Source: Neolecta irregularis DAH-3 (Eukaryota). Taken from it: a DNA stretch of 38,994 bases. Positions 13,150 to 27,090 of the stretch are shown piece by piece. The position numbers were made by a program, and so were the translations under genes. Position 1 is the first letter of the stretch; every line of letters begins with the position of its first letter. The stretch spans positions 1-38,994 of the forward strand of contig LXFE01000150.1 in assembly GCA_001929475.1 (NCBI GenBank). Reading direction: 5' to 3'. The notes below the pieces were generated by a model, which made no database searches, had not been told where the DNA came from, and was given only the letters and a program-made list of their open reading frames with translations.

Positions 13150-16100
13150 TTATTTTCTTCTCTTGGTCGGTCTCTCCTCATCCACAGTGCCTTTGCGGGA
13201 ATCATCTAGATATATGTTAACAAGTCCTGATTCAAATCAACTTACAATCTTTTGCTTTCTTTTCCAATTCATCCCAATCCTCTCCACTCTCTACGCTTTC
13301 ATCATCTTCGGAACCTTCATCGTCCGACGCATCGTCATCAAAATCGTTTCCCTCCTCCTCACTAGATTCTTCTCCCACTTCTGAGCTTGCCTGGAACTCA
13401 CTTTCGGGTTCAGACCCTTCAGAATCTTCGTCTGAACCAGTCCCCAAGAACCCCCATCCGCCTTCGCGGAAGAAAGCGGCCGGATCATCATTGATGGTTT
13501 TCATAATTTGACCCCAGTTAAGGTTAAGCGGACCTTCTGTGTAGGCAATGTCGTTGGAACTGAGTTGCGTCAGTAGACCATCGATTATTTTTAACATACT
13601 CCAGCCATTCTTTGACTCCTTCAATCTGAGTCATCGGAATGCTGTTAATGTGCGAAGGCGCTTTCTGAAAGTCCTTGAAGATGAATACCATGTCAAAGTT
13701 CTTCAGCCCAAACTGATCAAATGAGGAAAATGACATATTCAAGCATATACCTGAACTCTTTCCAAATGAACAATTTCAAGATCTGCAAGTGTGAGGACCA
13801 TGAATGGGGGATCAGTAAGATGTACAAGACAATACGTAGTCGGTTGACAGAGAACATTACTTCGATAAGGTACACCGTTGAAAGCTAGTTCACGGACCGG
13901 AACATCAACTGATATATCGCGATCGGCGCCCTAATTATAAATATATTATGGTTAAATGATGCATACGGCTTCAGAGATCTTTTCACTAAAAGCACGGAAT
14001 TCCTTGTTTAATTGAGCACGACGCCTCCGGTCTTCTTGTTCCGCTTCCAATTCATCTTCGTCGCCATATCTATATTTTCGCTTTCGGTTTCCAGTTTCGT
14101 CAAATTGGATATCTGATGCCTCCCTATAGAACTGGATATCCTTGGCTTTCTTTTTTCCAATCATAATTGGCGACTTGAGGTGAACATGGATAATAACAAT
14201 CAATTCTTGATCACAAGGCTGGAAGAAGAGATGTTGGATATTTGTAAACAAGAGATCCACACGATGATCGCTTCGAAGAGGTGACTGATATCGCAAACCA
14301 TTTTGATGAATCTCAAGTTCGCCACCAACTCGCTTCCCATCGAGTGCTGGCCGTAGGAAAACTTCTCCGAGACGATGAGGCCGGCGATTTTTCACTTCTA
14401 CGAGGGTGTCTTGCTCAATGACATCTGCGAATTCTTTTCTTTCAGCCTCTTTCTTTTGCGCATTCTTTTTCAGCTCCTGAATATCCTTGAAAATCTCGGC
14501 CATTCGTTCGACATCTGAGCTTCTGAATGTTAAACTTCGAAGGAAATTGGCATTTGGGTCATCAGAAACTCCCTAGACGATCAACTAGAATTTGGATCAT
14601 AGATCTTACCATATCAGTATCTTTTCTTCCAACACCTTGTCCTGGACTCAGAAAGTTCATACGAAGATAGATATAATCCCCTTCATCATTCTTACTAATA
14701 TTCTTCAAAGTCGATATATGAAAGGGAACCGGCCGTCCAAAAATAGGTAGAAGAATACTTTGCGCTTTTCTATCGACAACAATTTTGAGATCTCTAACTG
14801 ATGGGGGAAGTTGATTTTCGCGTTTATAAGATTCGAAGCGCCGAAGGACTTTGCTTTCCGTTCCATTTTGTACCGAAGAGCCATCAGGAAATCGCTTCAG
14901 ACCGTCCTCATGTTTTTGTTGTGCTAGTCTTTTCTGGTGTTCTTGACGTTTGAGAGTATCGGATTCTTCAACCTAAGTAATTAACGTATGTTTCACTAAA
15001 TGGAGACATGCTGCACTTCGTTCGTTACGGGTCTTGCTCTTAGCCAGGGGAATGTTTTTGGGTGCGGATTTTCGTTCTGTCTTCGTAGGGAAAGGCTTTT
15101 CAACTTCGGATAATTCATCCTAACGAGTCAAGGGAATTTCCTCTGTAATAAGAGATACTTTGAAGTAGAACGAGACGTCGCCGATTTGCTTGGGCGTTTC
15201 CGTTAATACGACCGGAGCATCGGCAGTAACTCTAATTACATCGATGACAAGCAAACTATAGTTTTTGCTCTTCGGATCGGAGGGATTGGGATTTTCAAGG
15301 CCGTCAAAACCAATGCTAATATTCAAAATCATTCCTTCTTTCAGCGGCCGATTATTTTTAGCATTGAGAACAAGACTTGAATCACGAAATTCAATACCAA
15401 GACCAGCTCCCAAATTCTTGACAAAATGCGATTCGAGTTCCGGGTGTCTAGATTTGATGATAGAAATAGCTTTGTTGAAGACGTCTTTGACAACAACGCC
15501 GTCCTTGATTGATTCAAAGACTTTTTTCTGCAATCCAATCAGAAAATTGTAGTATTTTTCTTGATCTTGGTTTGGATCAATAAAGAATGTTCGTCCGATG
15601 TTGGAGCAATAGGCCTTATACCGTAGACCAAAAGAGCATATAATTGTACCACCATGGAGTAAATTGTCGTTGGATTGAGCTGATGGTTTCAAGTCGTATT
15701 CTCCCCCACTTTGAACGATTGGATTGTAACACCATTCAATTTGATCGAGATCCATCTGGATTTGTGAGATAAAGGAGCCATAGGGCATACCTCGCTTGGA
15801 ATTCTGAGTGGTTTAGATTTGAGAAATTTGTCATCTTCAATTTTCGATTCGATGATAGTGGAGAACTTTGAATGAGAGACCTTGCGTTCTTCGTCGATGT
15901 ACTTGGACATTTCGTCCGCGAAATAATTGGTCATTAGTACAGCGCTTGCTTTGCAGGCGATCCTGATGTGTTTCTGTCAAATCAATATTTTGTTTGCTTC
16001 AAGATATCACTGACCAATTCATCTTCATCCTTCACAGACATAACATGAAGAAGTCCAGTAGAGACATCTACCTCTTGAAATTTGTCCAGTTTGCCGTAAA

Positions 16101-16737
16101 CCTCTTTCCATTCATCTACGAATTTTCCTTTGAACTGGTCCTTGGCAAAAATACCAACCCTTTTCTGAGGAAGCAATCAACAATTTGCAGTCAACAATAA
16201 GAATACCCCCGCAGATTCAATAATATCGACAGCTTTTGTCCATAAATCTGCATTATGCTTTTCATCTTTAGTCCGTTTCATAATGTCAATCGCAATTTTT
16301 CCATCTCCGCCGGAAGAAACAGCGTCCAGATGTTTTGCTTCATAGATAAGATGTCGGCTTGCAAGAAATGTCCACAATTATACCTTTGCTCGCGCTGGTC
16401 AGAAATAATACTTTGTTTTGAGTGATAACCATCAGCATGGCAGGAAATTCGTAACCCAGCAACCATTGCTATGGATGCCTAATCAGCCGGGCAAGAATTA
16501 ATTAAGCGGATCTCGTACGTGAAGAGCTGTCGATTTCTGATAAGGATTATCTTCGTCGCTACTTCCAACGACCACTAAAAGCGAACTTGCTCCTTGAAAC
16601 AGGTCTTCATTGCCGCTCTATCGAAGTCAGCTTGGTTTTGATAAATTTCGCTGCTTGAAGACACAAACCTTCCAGATACGAATAAATTGACGGATCCTCT
16701 TATGAAATAATCGGGAGTCTATCTTAACCTCGCTCAT
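13150..16737 (-). CDS. SPT16: FACT complex subunit Spt16; 14 exons
   Basis: ATG at 16737 ([14 protein letters not shown]). Motifs [74 protein letters not shown]; acidic tail; TAA at 13150-13152. One GC-AG intron (14973-15011). Confidence 0.97.
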
Positions 16738-16773
16738 TATTATTGGGTGGATTTAAGACGGGATAGGTGGAAG

Positions 16774-16803
16774 TTGACCTCGACTTCGACTTCGACCTCG
16801 ACT
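16774..16803. repeat. Five tandem T(T/C)GAC(C/T) hexamers in the 90-bp SPT16/RPR2 bidirectional promoter
   Basis: ttgacc tcgact tcgact tcgacc tcgact, read directly between the divergent ATGs at 16737 and 16828. Confidence 0.7.
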
Positions 16804-16827
16804 TTTTCCGAAACTCCTACTTGCGAT

Positions 16828-17326
16828 ATGGGAAAAGCCAACACAAAAAAGACTAAAGTTGAGAGTCAAAAAACAAATCTGCAGCATCGGGAGGCATTTT
16901 CCCGCATTTCATTTCTATACCAGGCTGCGGTGGCTCTAATTTCGAATTCACATACAGCGGCAGATCTCAATTTATCGAGATATTATATTAGTCTCGCAAA
17001 AGGAATTGCGCGAAAGTCAGTGCTCAGATTGTATAGTGCACCATGGTTTTGCAGGCTTGATAGATAGAAGTTGCGCAATGAAACGGACAATTTGTAAGCG
17101 CTGCGATACCATTCTAGTACCGGGTATAACGACGACTCATACAGTTGAGAATCTTTCAAGAAACAACGTGTCTGATGCAGATATCAAAGTCATTCAATGT
17201 TCCCAATGTGGAACGAAGAAGAGGTTTCCTGCAAAGGACGGTTCTCACGATTTTCCGACAGTGACCACTGCCCAAGTTCGCACATTGTCTGACGGCTCAA
17301 ATACAATTGACATAATTTCGCGGTAG
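16828..17326 (+). CDS. RPR2: RNase P subunit Rpr2/Rpp21 (SNM1 family); 2 exons
   Basis: HREAFSRISFLYQAA, RKSVLRL|SCAMKRTICKRCDTILVPG...QCSQCGTKKRF (two CxxC zinc ligands); intron about 17031-17067. Confidence 0.88.
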
Positions 17327-18198
17327 ATGCCTTGAAATTAACTATTTTGCAATGGAAAGGGCCAATTCTTCTAGCATGAACCCACTGAAGATTGGAGGAA
17401 TCAGAGCTGCATAGTATTATTGAATATCACATGAAAAAGCCCGTTTCAGCCGATCGGCCGGGCTTTTTTCTTGGCCCGACACTGTCATGAAGCTGGTCAA
17501 AAAGGCCAGAATGTTGGTGTCTACACACTATAATTGTCGGATTATCTCTTTCACCTGTCGTTCCTCAAGATCCTAAAAGAATTTATAGTCGGGTTCATCT
17601 TGTACTGACTTGCGGGAAGAAAAACAGCAATTTTATTGTTAAGTCTTAGTAGACGATGTTTAGTGCTAGTCTTCGCAACTAAATCGCCGTTGGACAGCGC
17701 TGTGCACCTCGACGAGTTGCGATTGGTTATATTCAACTATGATGTCTTCTCATGCTAGATTCCTACGATACTCGAACCTGCCTAGTTCGGTTGTGCTCCA
17801 GTAATAGGGAGTATCACTAATTATTACTAGAAGTTGTGTGAATGAAGACTGAACAAGTGTATTTCTAGAAATTTCACATCTCTATCAGATTATCATCGCG
17901 AGTTATTCGGGGTGGATCTACTGATGACAGCCAGGTTGATGGTGACGGGCATAGTGATTCGAATAATCACATATATCTATCAGATATAATTTCCTTATAA
18001 CAAAGACTTTTGGAAGGTTATCTGGATCTCCCTCGCAATCTCAGTTTAAATCAATTGAAGAAAACAAGCCGCCAGTTATACTTTCAAGTTTGGTAGAGTT
18101 GGAAAATAATGAATCCGTAACATGCCGAATTCTTCCGGGAAATTCCGTGAAACCTCACTAAACTTTGCCCTCGTCAATTCTTGCCTTAAAACTCCGAA

Positions 18199-18550
18199 AT
18201 GGCAGTCTTAAACGTATTTATCACTTTTATTTCCTCAGGCTGGATCTCTAATATCTCAACAGGTGCTGAGATGGTCATTGTTTGGAACGGGTGTTGTTTA
18301 CGGGGCAGTCAAAGATAGGCAATATCGAGAGGAAGCGAATATGAAAAGAATCACGGATGAATATGACCGCAAAGTGGAGCTAATCCGTCGTGCGAAATTG
18401 GAATGGGAAAATATGCACGGTGAGTTTTCGCTCCGTAGTCGGTTATTATTCTTTTCTTGCCATTTATTGAAAATGAGATTGCTAACTAGGCTTATAGGCG
18501 AAGATCCCCAGAACAAAATCAAGAAAACCGTGGCGGAAAATAGAGTATAA
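18199..18550 (+). CDS. TIM11: Mitochondrial ATP synthase subunit e; 3 exons
   Basis: MAVLN|VLRWSLFGTGVVYG (GxxxG TM motif) followed by the coiled-coil YDRKVELIRRAKLEW. Introns 18214-18262 and 18420-18497; 3' end slightly uncertain. Confidence 0.85.
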
Positions 18551-19640
18551 TATCTGATACCAAATCCTCAAAATCATTGCAATTGATAAAAACCCAAGAA
18601 ATGAGACTTCAGACTGGAGCTTGGTTCTTTTGATTTTGGTATCTATCTCTCAACTTCAGCTATGCTTCTGCTATCGACTTTTGAGTCCATGGTCTTTCAT
18701 CCTAACCTGTTTTCTTCCACAAAACTTATGTAGAGATTAGGGAAGGTATTAAAGAGGGTATATTGTGATTATCCCAAAACACTGGCTCCAGGCCCGTATT
18801 TATAGCCCAGCGTTCTCCTATCCAGCAGTGTGAATCGTAGTTGAAGAAAACGATGGTATGCTGGGATAACTGAGGGTGCAGACCGAGGGGAATTATGGTA
18901 GTGAGTTAGTAATGCGGTGAAGAGGAGTGCAGGTTTGATTATGCTGATATTGTTTGAAAAAGGTGTCTCGTACTCCAGGCCTTTCTTCGACATGCAAAGG
19001 CTCAGGATGCGAACTATACATTCCCAGTCCTTTCAAGAGATAAAGACGGGATCGGATGTAAAAGCGTGTTACATCAGAACTTGATCTTGTAACAAGTCCG
19101 TGTAATGATCGCAGTGTCCTACTGATTGCTTCAAAGTCCGACGTCCAGACCAAGATTATATCACACATGTCCCTCCTTCGTTCTTGGTAGATGACAGATG
19201 ATATTTCGAATGAACCGCTTCATAGCTTTAACAATAGATTTTGCCCGAGTATATGCTTCAGGTGAATTGTAGAACGGCCAGTGATACCTCTGATATTGGG
19301 TCTTTGAATGCAACCATCCATAAGACAACAATCAACTGCACAAAAGAGAAACAGAAAAATAATTCGACAACCATTCATTAACCCTCGTTTATTAATATAA
19401 ATGATGTGTTCGAAACCCCCGGAATGAAAGGATGTGTAATTTAAATTACCCCCTTTATGAAATTCGTTGTCGAGGGTTTCATCTAAGGAGAATTAACCTT
19501 GCACTCCCTATTAATGGATGTTGAGATACGTCGGATCGTAAAGTAGACCATTCGTATATGAATATATTTCAATGAACCGGACCAGTCGAAATTCATACCC
19601 AAACCTAAAGATATACAAACCCCAACTTAGATGGGTAGAC

Positions 19641-20804
19641 TTAAAACTCGATCTCTTCAGTGGCAAGATCACAGCCTTCGCACTGTCTCTGCGTCACTCC
19701 AGTCTCTGGATTAACGACAGCCTGTCCAAAGACGTGTTCGTGTTTTACTTCTTTGGATAGTCTGCTCCACGTGGAAGTTCTCGTCCGTTTCTTCAGATCT
19801 AGAAGCAATGAGTCTCGTCAATGACAATAAGTGACGAGCCTTCCAATCTAGTCATAAATCTTTTGTCCTTTGCCGTTTTCTTTTTGGTTTCTCGTTCTGT
19901 ATGAATCTCATCGAGTTTTTCTAGCGAACCCCATTTCCTAATGGCGAATTCTTCGGCCTGATATCGTAAGTAGAGCATCATATTGGACCAATTTGACGCA
20001 TGCGGGTTGGGTTTTAATCTATGTGGAAGGATCTCTACGTCCTTGAGTTCGGCTGTCAGAATGGTGAGATGAAATTATGGATGGACAGACGTACGTTCGG
20101 TTAGTAGGTAATCCTAGGGAGTCAGTTTACGTTGAGTATATAATGCCACCGTTCGACATTCAGTCTTTGTCAAGAGACTGTATTTTTCAGGAAGATCTTT
20201 GATGCATTTAGAACACACGTCACAGTTGAAATCTCGTTGATAAGTGAAATCGAGCTCGACGGATCGACATTCCCTACATTTTGCGTTCTTAGCGGGATCC
20301 AGGCTCAGCGCTGGAAAGATTAGCAAGTACCACTTGATATTAGGAAATCCTCACGAGGTTCAATAAAGGGTTTACTAAATAACTTCTCGTCCCATTTCTT
20401 CCTCCCTTCGGGCTTGTCATCATCAACTATAAAACCACCTTTAGTATCTTTGATTTTTGAAAAGTCTAAATCTGAGAAAGTATATCGTGGAGCATCGGAT
20501 ACCATATTCGATATAATTCATAAACTTTCGCGCAGGCTGGATATAGCGATCCTCCCTTTCGCGTTTTCCTGTCACTGAATCTGTCCCGTTTCCACCTTTT
20601 CCCTGTTTCTCTTTCAGGCGTTCGGCAAAGAGTGCTTTAGCTTTCAACTGATTCATTTCCTGCAATAATCAGGGACCTGGCTTGAAGGAATTTTGGGGCA
20701 ATTACCGTGCGCTTGACCTGTTCTGGTGTTAATGGAAAAGGGCTATTGCCGTTATTATCGCGACATCCAGGAGGAGTCTTTGGAGGAGATCTAGCCGTGT
20801 TCAT
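19641..20804 (-). CDS. RAD14: XPA/Rad14 nucleotide excision repair protein; 7 exons
   Basis: YIEYDFSKIKDTKGGF, CRECRS...CDVCSKC zinc finger, [47 protein letters not shown], C-terminus TEEIEF. Last intron is GC-AG (19799-19839). Confidence 0.95.
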
Positions 20805-21115
20805 AATGTAGATAGGTAGCGATTAATAATGCAAATCCGGATACATGACCGTCGAAATTTGACAAATATGATTGGCCAACCACCAAGTACTTGCTAACAA
20901 ATCTATCGCCTTATTCAATGGGCAGCAAATTTTATAGGTGGTGAAAGCGACCAGTATCATTGCAAGCAACTCTTGCCCTCATTTGAGATCTCCTGTCGTG
21001 TTATCCACACTACCAAATACTTTTCATGTGGCGGAGTAAAATATTACCGCACCAAGGGTTTATTCAAACGCAAGGATGAAAACGTCTTCTTACAATATAT
21101 TGCAGATGAATCTCC

Positions 21116-21649
21116 CTAGCCACCATTCGTCTTTTTATAAATCATACTTTCATAGTAAAGTCCAACGACAAAACACTCTGATCTGGTTTGACCGCTAACC
21201 AAAGCCAAAAAAGAAATATTATCACTGCCAGATCTATTTGCACAAAGGGAAATCGAGCTTTTGTTGTACGAAATCTGAGGATATTCATTTTCAGGGTGTG
21301 CTTCTGCGAAATCTTTGCTGGCAAGTTCCTCTTTGGACGTGAACTGGAGCTGCTTCATACCGTTCGAGACTGGTGCCCATATCGAATAAGTACCGGTATT
21401 TTCTTCATATAAGGCACCGTTCGTCAAAACAAACTTTCCTGGGGTAGAATCATCGAGCATAGCAATATGAGGAGTTTTCTCAGTCAGTCCGATACTTGAT
21501 GTGTTAAAACCCCCAGTCGTGTTGACGCGGAGCTCAAAGTAAAATTGCAATTTGAATGGATTTCCGGCAAATGGGTCTTGTTTATGTAGATCAGTAGTGA
21601 AAGTGGCCGATACGAGCGAGGGCACCAGAAGTGCGATAATGGCTTGCAT
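21116..21649 (-). CDS. Intronless secreted protein of unknown function (177 aa), possibly a small beta-rich cell-wall-type protein
   Basis: Signal peptide MQAIIALLVPSLVSA, TATA-like CATATAAAGG about 55 bp upstream, two C-terminal Cys, and an adjacent paralogous pseudogene. Confidence 0.7.
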   Translation of the reverse strand: MQAIIALLVPSLVSATFTTDLHKQDPFAGNPFKLQFYFELRVNTTGGFNTSSIGLTEKTPHIAMLDDSTPGKFVLTNGALYEENTGTYSIWAPVSNGMKQLQFTSKEELASKDFAEAHPENEYPQISYNKSSISLCANRSGSDNISFLALVSGQTRSECFVVGLYYESMIYKKTNGG

Positions 21650-21946
21650 AAACCTTATGATTGAGAAGATTTGGGCTCATGCACGAGAGAGGTATTTCCC
21701 TTTATATGTGCAATTAATGCCTTGCTTTCAGGGGAAACGATAGCTCTTCAGGAGCATGTGGTACGAGACAATTCTTCACTATAACTGAACCCAGGCCACC
21801 TATTTCACATCAACCGCTTACCCCCAGTTCTTGCCTATTCACTCTTTTACCCGGAATTACCATGCCCAATACCTCTACCTCCCATAATCAACCACAACAA
21901 CATATCCTCATTTATAATGTTTCCAACTATAGCCTGCCCAGAGATA

Positions 21947-22594
21947 TCAATGGAACAGCCTAAAACCCAACCACAATTTTGACAACGAATGGCGAGCGCT
22001 GTGCAATCGCTGGTCATTTCCTTGCTTTTTCCTTTGAAGCATTTTTTCAATCCCAAAAATGAAATCCTCCCTAGCCGCCATTCCTCCTTCTACCAAGCTT
22101 CTCGACATAGAAGAGTCCAATAAAAAACCAATTCGGCCTGTTTTATTTCCCAAAAATTGAAAAGCATTATTGCCAGTTCCACCATCACAAAGGGACATAT
22201 CCGTCGTGTACGAAATAACAGGAGGGAAATCGTCAGCGTCCCTTTCGGTGAAACCCCTGCTGGCAAATGCCACTGCGCGGCGTGAACTGGAGTTGCTGAA
22301 AACGTCCGAGATTTGTACCCATGTCAAATAAGTATTGTTGTCTTCTTCCTATAAGGTGCCATGTCCCGTCAAAGTGAACTTTCCCGGGTTGTCATCATTG
22401 ATAATAGCGATCGAAGGGTCTCCTGCGCTCTCACCGATCCTTAATGTGTTGTACTGCCAAGTCATATTCATGCAGAGTTCAAAGTAAACTTGAATTACGA
22501 GAAAGGGCGAAGGAGTTTGCTTGTTCGGACCAGCAATTAATTTGGCTGATACGAGAGAGGGCGCGACAAGTGCGATAAAGATAGACTCAAGCAC
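21947..22594 (-). pseudogene. Pseudogenised tandem paralogue of the secreted protein at 21116-21649
   Basis: Aligned blocks IALVAPSLVSA, QVYFEL, DDNPGKFTLT, FPPVISY and SLC. ATG lost by deletion, TAT>TAG at 22349-22351, and the QQLQFT block lies in a shifted frame. Confidence 0.8.
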
Positions 22595-23442
22595 GAGATG
22601 TATTCCCCTTTATATTTAAAAAAGCTCTCATAATACCCTTGTCTCCCATCTTATTTTGATAGGACATGAAACTAATGGGTTCAGCACCAGCAAACGAGAA
22701 ACGTACAAAACGGTCGTGTTCAGCAATATATTCCACTCATTACGTCTAGCCATCGAAACAATGGCGGACTTTAAAATTCAATTACAAGGATGGTAAAACC
22801 ATTGTTCGGGAGATTTCCCTATTTTCCCGTAATGATATATGCCTTCCACCTTTTCAAAGGTTTCCAAGGGGAACATTGCTCATCGATCGACATAAATAAG
22901 CGTTAGCGAAAGGCGCAAGATTTCCCCTACAACGGGTTCACGGTCTAAGTGCGATTATTTACACTAATGCTGAGCGCTAATCCAGACAGTCACAGAGATA
23001 AGATATTTACTAATATATGCAAATCCAAATAGACTAGTAGATGCTACTTGGGCACGAGTGAAACATTTGCCAAGTCTTCAATCATGCTACAAACATTTGG
23101 GCCAATGTGAGACATATATTGCAAGTCAGATGGGCAAACATGGGTTCGAGGCGAAATGGAACGAGGAAATCAGAGTGGGTACAAGCTATGTTCACATAGT
23201 TCAAGGGTAGTTTAGGGCTCTGGTCCAGTAAGAATATATTATATGCTAGGAGATTGAGGTTCTCAGGATATAGTTATTGCTAATAGAGCTCAAACAATCT
23301 GCATATACTCAACTGCTTCCACCAGCTGAACGAAATAACACAGGCGTCTCCAATGCAGTAGATTAGGCAATACCACAAAAGGTCAAAAACGGAACAAAGG
23401 AGTAACAGGGGATAAACTGACCCAAAACCACGCCTAGAAAAT

Positions 23443-24322
<880 letters not shown>

Positions 24323-24507
24323 GGCAGCAGCGAGGGGGAGCGGCAGGCAGCGACAGCAGGCACCTGCTGTGGCCTTGTTCCGACCACCGCCGGCGCAACA
24401 AGTGCATACATACATCCACCCTCCCCTGCACTGCGGTATTCTACTGCGCCTCCCTTTCCCTGTGCTCCTCCATACACCTTCTGCTCTTCTCCTTCCTTCC
24501 TTCCACC

Positions 24508-25738
24508 ATGCACTTGACCATGGACATCGACCCGCTGCCGTCCTCCACCAAGGGAAAGGGCCGGGAATCCATCCAGATTACTCAGGATGTCAGTCCGTGG
24601 GTGGAGAAGTACAGGCCGACCGAGCTGGTAGATATAGTCAGCCATCAAGACATCATATCTACAAGCATGTCTGCCGTGGAAACCCTGGGCTCATTCCTCC
24701 AGTCACCAAGTTCGTGGCTGTAGACAGGGTCCCCCATATGTTGTTCTACGGCCCGCCAGGAACCGGAAAGACGTCAACAATCCTCGCCATTGCAAGAAAG
24801 ATATACGGAGACAAGTACCGGGGAATGATTCTAGAAGTGCTCGCCCTTTTCTACACATATATGCTCATACGTAGTTGAATGCTTCAGATGACCGCGGCAT
24901 CGATGTCGTCAGAGACCAAATTCGGACATTTGCGAGTACGCGACAAATCTTTAGCTCAGCATTTAAATTAATCGTCCTGGACGAAGCTGACGCCATGACA
25001 ACAGCAGCTCAAAACGCTCTACGCAGAAGTACACCACCACCCGGGCTCTATACTGACACAAACAGTCGTGGAAAAGTATACGGCCAATGTTAGATTCTGC
25101 ATCATCTGCAATTACGTAAACAAAATAATCCCCGCTATCCAGTCTCGTTGCACACGCTTTCGTTTCCAGCCATTACCCATCACTGAGGTATCCCGGCGGC
25201 TAAACCATGTTATTTTAAATGAAAACTGCCAGATTACTGAAGCAGGCAAGGAAGCCCTGTTGCGGCTGAGTAAAGGTGATATGAGACGGGCATTGAATGT
25301 GCTGCAAGCCTGTCATGCTGCATACGATTACATTGACGGAGTGGACGTGTATAACTGCGTCGGGAATCCACAACCCCAGGATATCACCAAGATTGTCCAA
25401 AGTATGATGAATGAAGAGTTTACTGTTTCGCTGAATAGTACGCGTCTCTTTCCATTGTAATTGACTCACAGCCATTTCCACCATAAAAACTGAGAAAGGT
25501 CTTGCGTTACAGGATATACTCGGTGGAGTGTATGAAGTTTTGCAGGAAACACAACTACGTGGGAATGTACGGATATACATCCTCGACCAGTTGGCAACGA
25601 TTGAGTAAGAGTACCCATCAAGCTACAGCAGCTGACTTCAGACACCGTCTGTCCACTGGTTCATGCGAGAAAATTCAACTCTCAGCTATGATAGCCGCCA
25701 TACAATTGGGCCTTCAACTCGCCAACCTGAATTCATGA
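24508..25738 (+). CDS. RFC3: Replication factor C small subunit (yeast Rfc3 / human RFC5 type); 6 exons
   Basis: [59 protein letters not shown]. Intron 1 is GC-AG (24665-24702). Start could be the ATG at 24520. Confidence 0.93.
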
Positions 25739-25818
25739 ATGGCATTTCACCACAACTTTTGTAACCATAGACAAACCGCTTATGAATTAAATGCTCTACA
25801 ACAGTGAAGCACCATGCA

Positions 25819-26868
25819 TCAGTGACTATAAACAGAATTAGACCGTCTGCTCTGAACAGATCTTGAAGCTTGTCTCAGACGATATCTAGCTCGACCAAGA
25901 TATCTCCTGAGCCCATCTTCTATGACTCTAGCCAATAGCTGTGCTCGGAAATTTCCTTTTCTCCACATGTATGCCCAGATGCAAAGTAGAACAAATGCAT
26001 CAACGAGTGCGTGCTTGAACAGAAACTAGGAGAAATTAGCAGCAATATCGAGAAATTCAAAAATACCATAAAAAACGAGCATACTACGCCAAATAAACCC
26101 CCAATAACACCCCTTGCACGACTAGACTTTTTCTTTTTGCTATCCATAATTTCCCTTAAAGCAGCTACCTCGGTATTCAACCTCTCTAATGCCTTTTCAA
26201 AGTCTCGTTTCCAAAGCGCAGCTGTTATATCCGTCGCGCCAGCACTAATACTTGGATCCATGGCTCGAGCTGGAACAGCAGAAAGCGCAGACGAGAACAG
26301 GAAACTTGGCTGAGAAGGCGTAGGCGACGATCCTCCTGCGTGTGATTCAACTGGACTTGATGGTACATGTTTAACTTGGTCCCTTGACCCAATGAGAAGG
26401 CAACTCTTAGGATCCTACATACCAAACGAACTCTAATTCTTCAATCAGTTGTCTTGCTTCTGGCGTTGCTTTGGCATATTTGGCCATATTCTAATTACCA
26501 GTCAGAATCGCGTGTTGAGAGGGTTTATCCACGTCAATCAATAAGGTAATATACCGTCTCTTGGCCTCCGTTTTGGAAATTCCCTCTTGACTGTGCCACG
26601 AATCCCTGTTAATCAGAGCCTATTCTTTCGAGATGAGTTATGCCATTTAGTTTGTGCAGTTAGGTCCGAGGAGTCTGGTCTATCAAGGATCCCGGTGACG
26701 TTTCCTTCGGTAGCTTGTTTGTACAGTCCGTATAACTACCGGTAAGCAAATGCTGGATGTAGAGTGTACGAGCAAACGATCTTGTATCTGCGGTCTACTC
26801 AGATTGGAGCCTATTCTCTTGACAGTATTTAGCGCATGAGCAAAGACTCGATCAATTGAATCGCCCAT
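25819..26868 (-). CDS. Acyl-CoA-binding domain membrane protein (Atg37/ACBD5-like); 6 exons
   Basis: ACB domain DRVFAHALNTVK...LYGLYKQATEG...KWDSWHSQEGISKTEAKRRYI, then ELEFVWDQVK, coiled coil ALERLNTEVAALRE, and C-terminal TM HALVDAFVLLCIWAYM. One GC-AG intron (26606-26643). Confidence 0.82.
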
Positions 26869-27090
26869 GGGTGGACAAGTGTAGTGACGTCGGCGTAGTT
26901 TTAGACAATCACGAGAATATTAATGAACAAGTATAGACATAATAATAGCAGCTATTGTCATTTCTAAAGTCTGCGTCTCGAATGATACATCCCAAATAAA
27001 GAAGCACACGATAGAAGAAATACAAAAAACCAAGTAGTAGCAAAACGGACAGTAGAACCCATTTGCATCAGCTTTTATTACCTAGCATCG

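Noticed and set aside
17921-17960. CTGATGA, possible hammerhead ribozyme core
   Set aside because: No GAAA after the putative stem II and no stem I/III closure.
18769-19380. Minus-strand ORF fragments with a hydrophobic start, possible secreted-protein relic
   Set aside because: Frames are short and discontinuous with no motif or paralogue in the window; cannot be supported.
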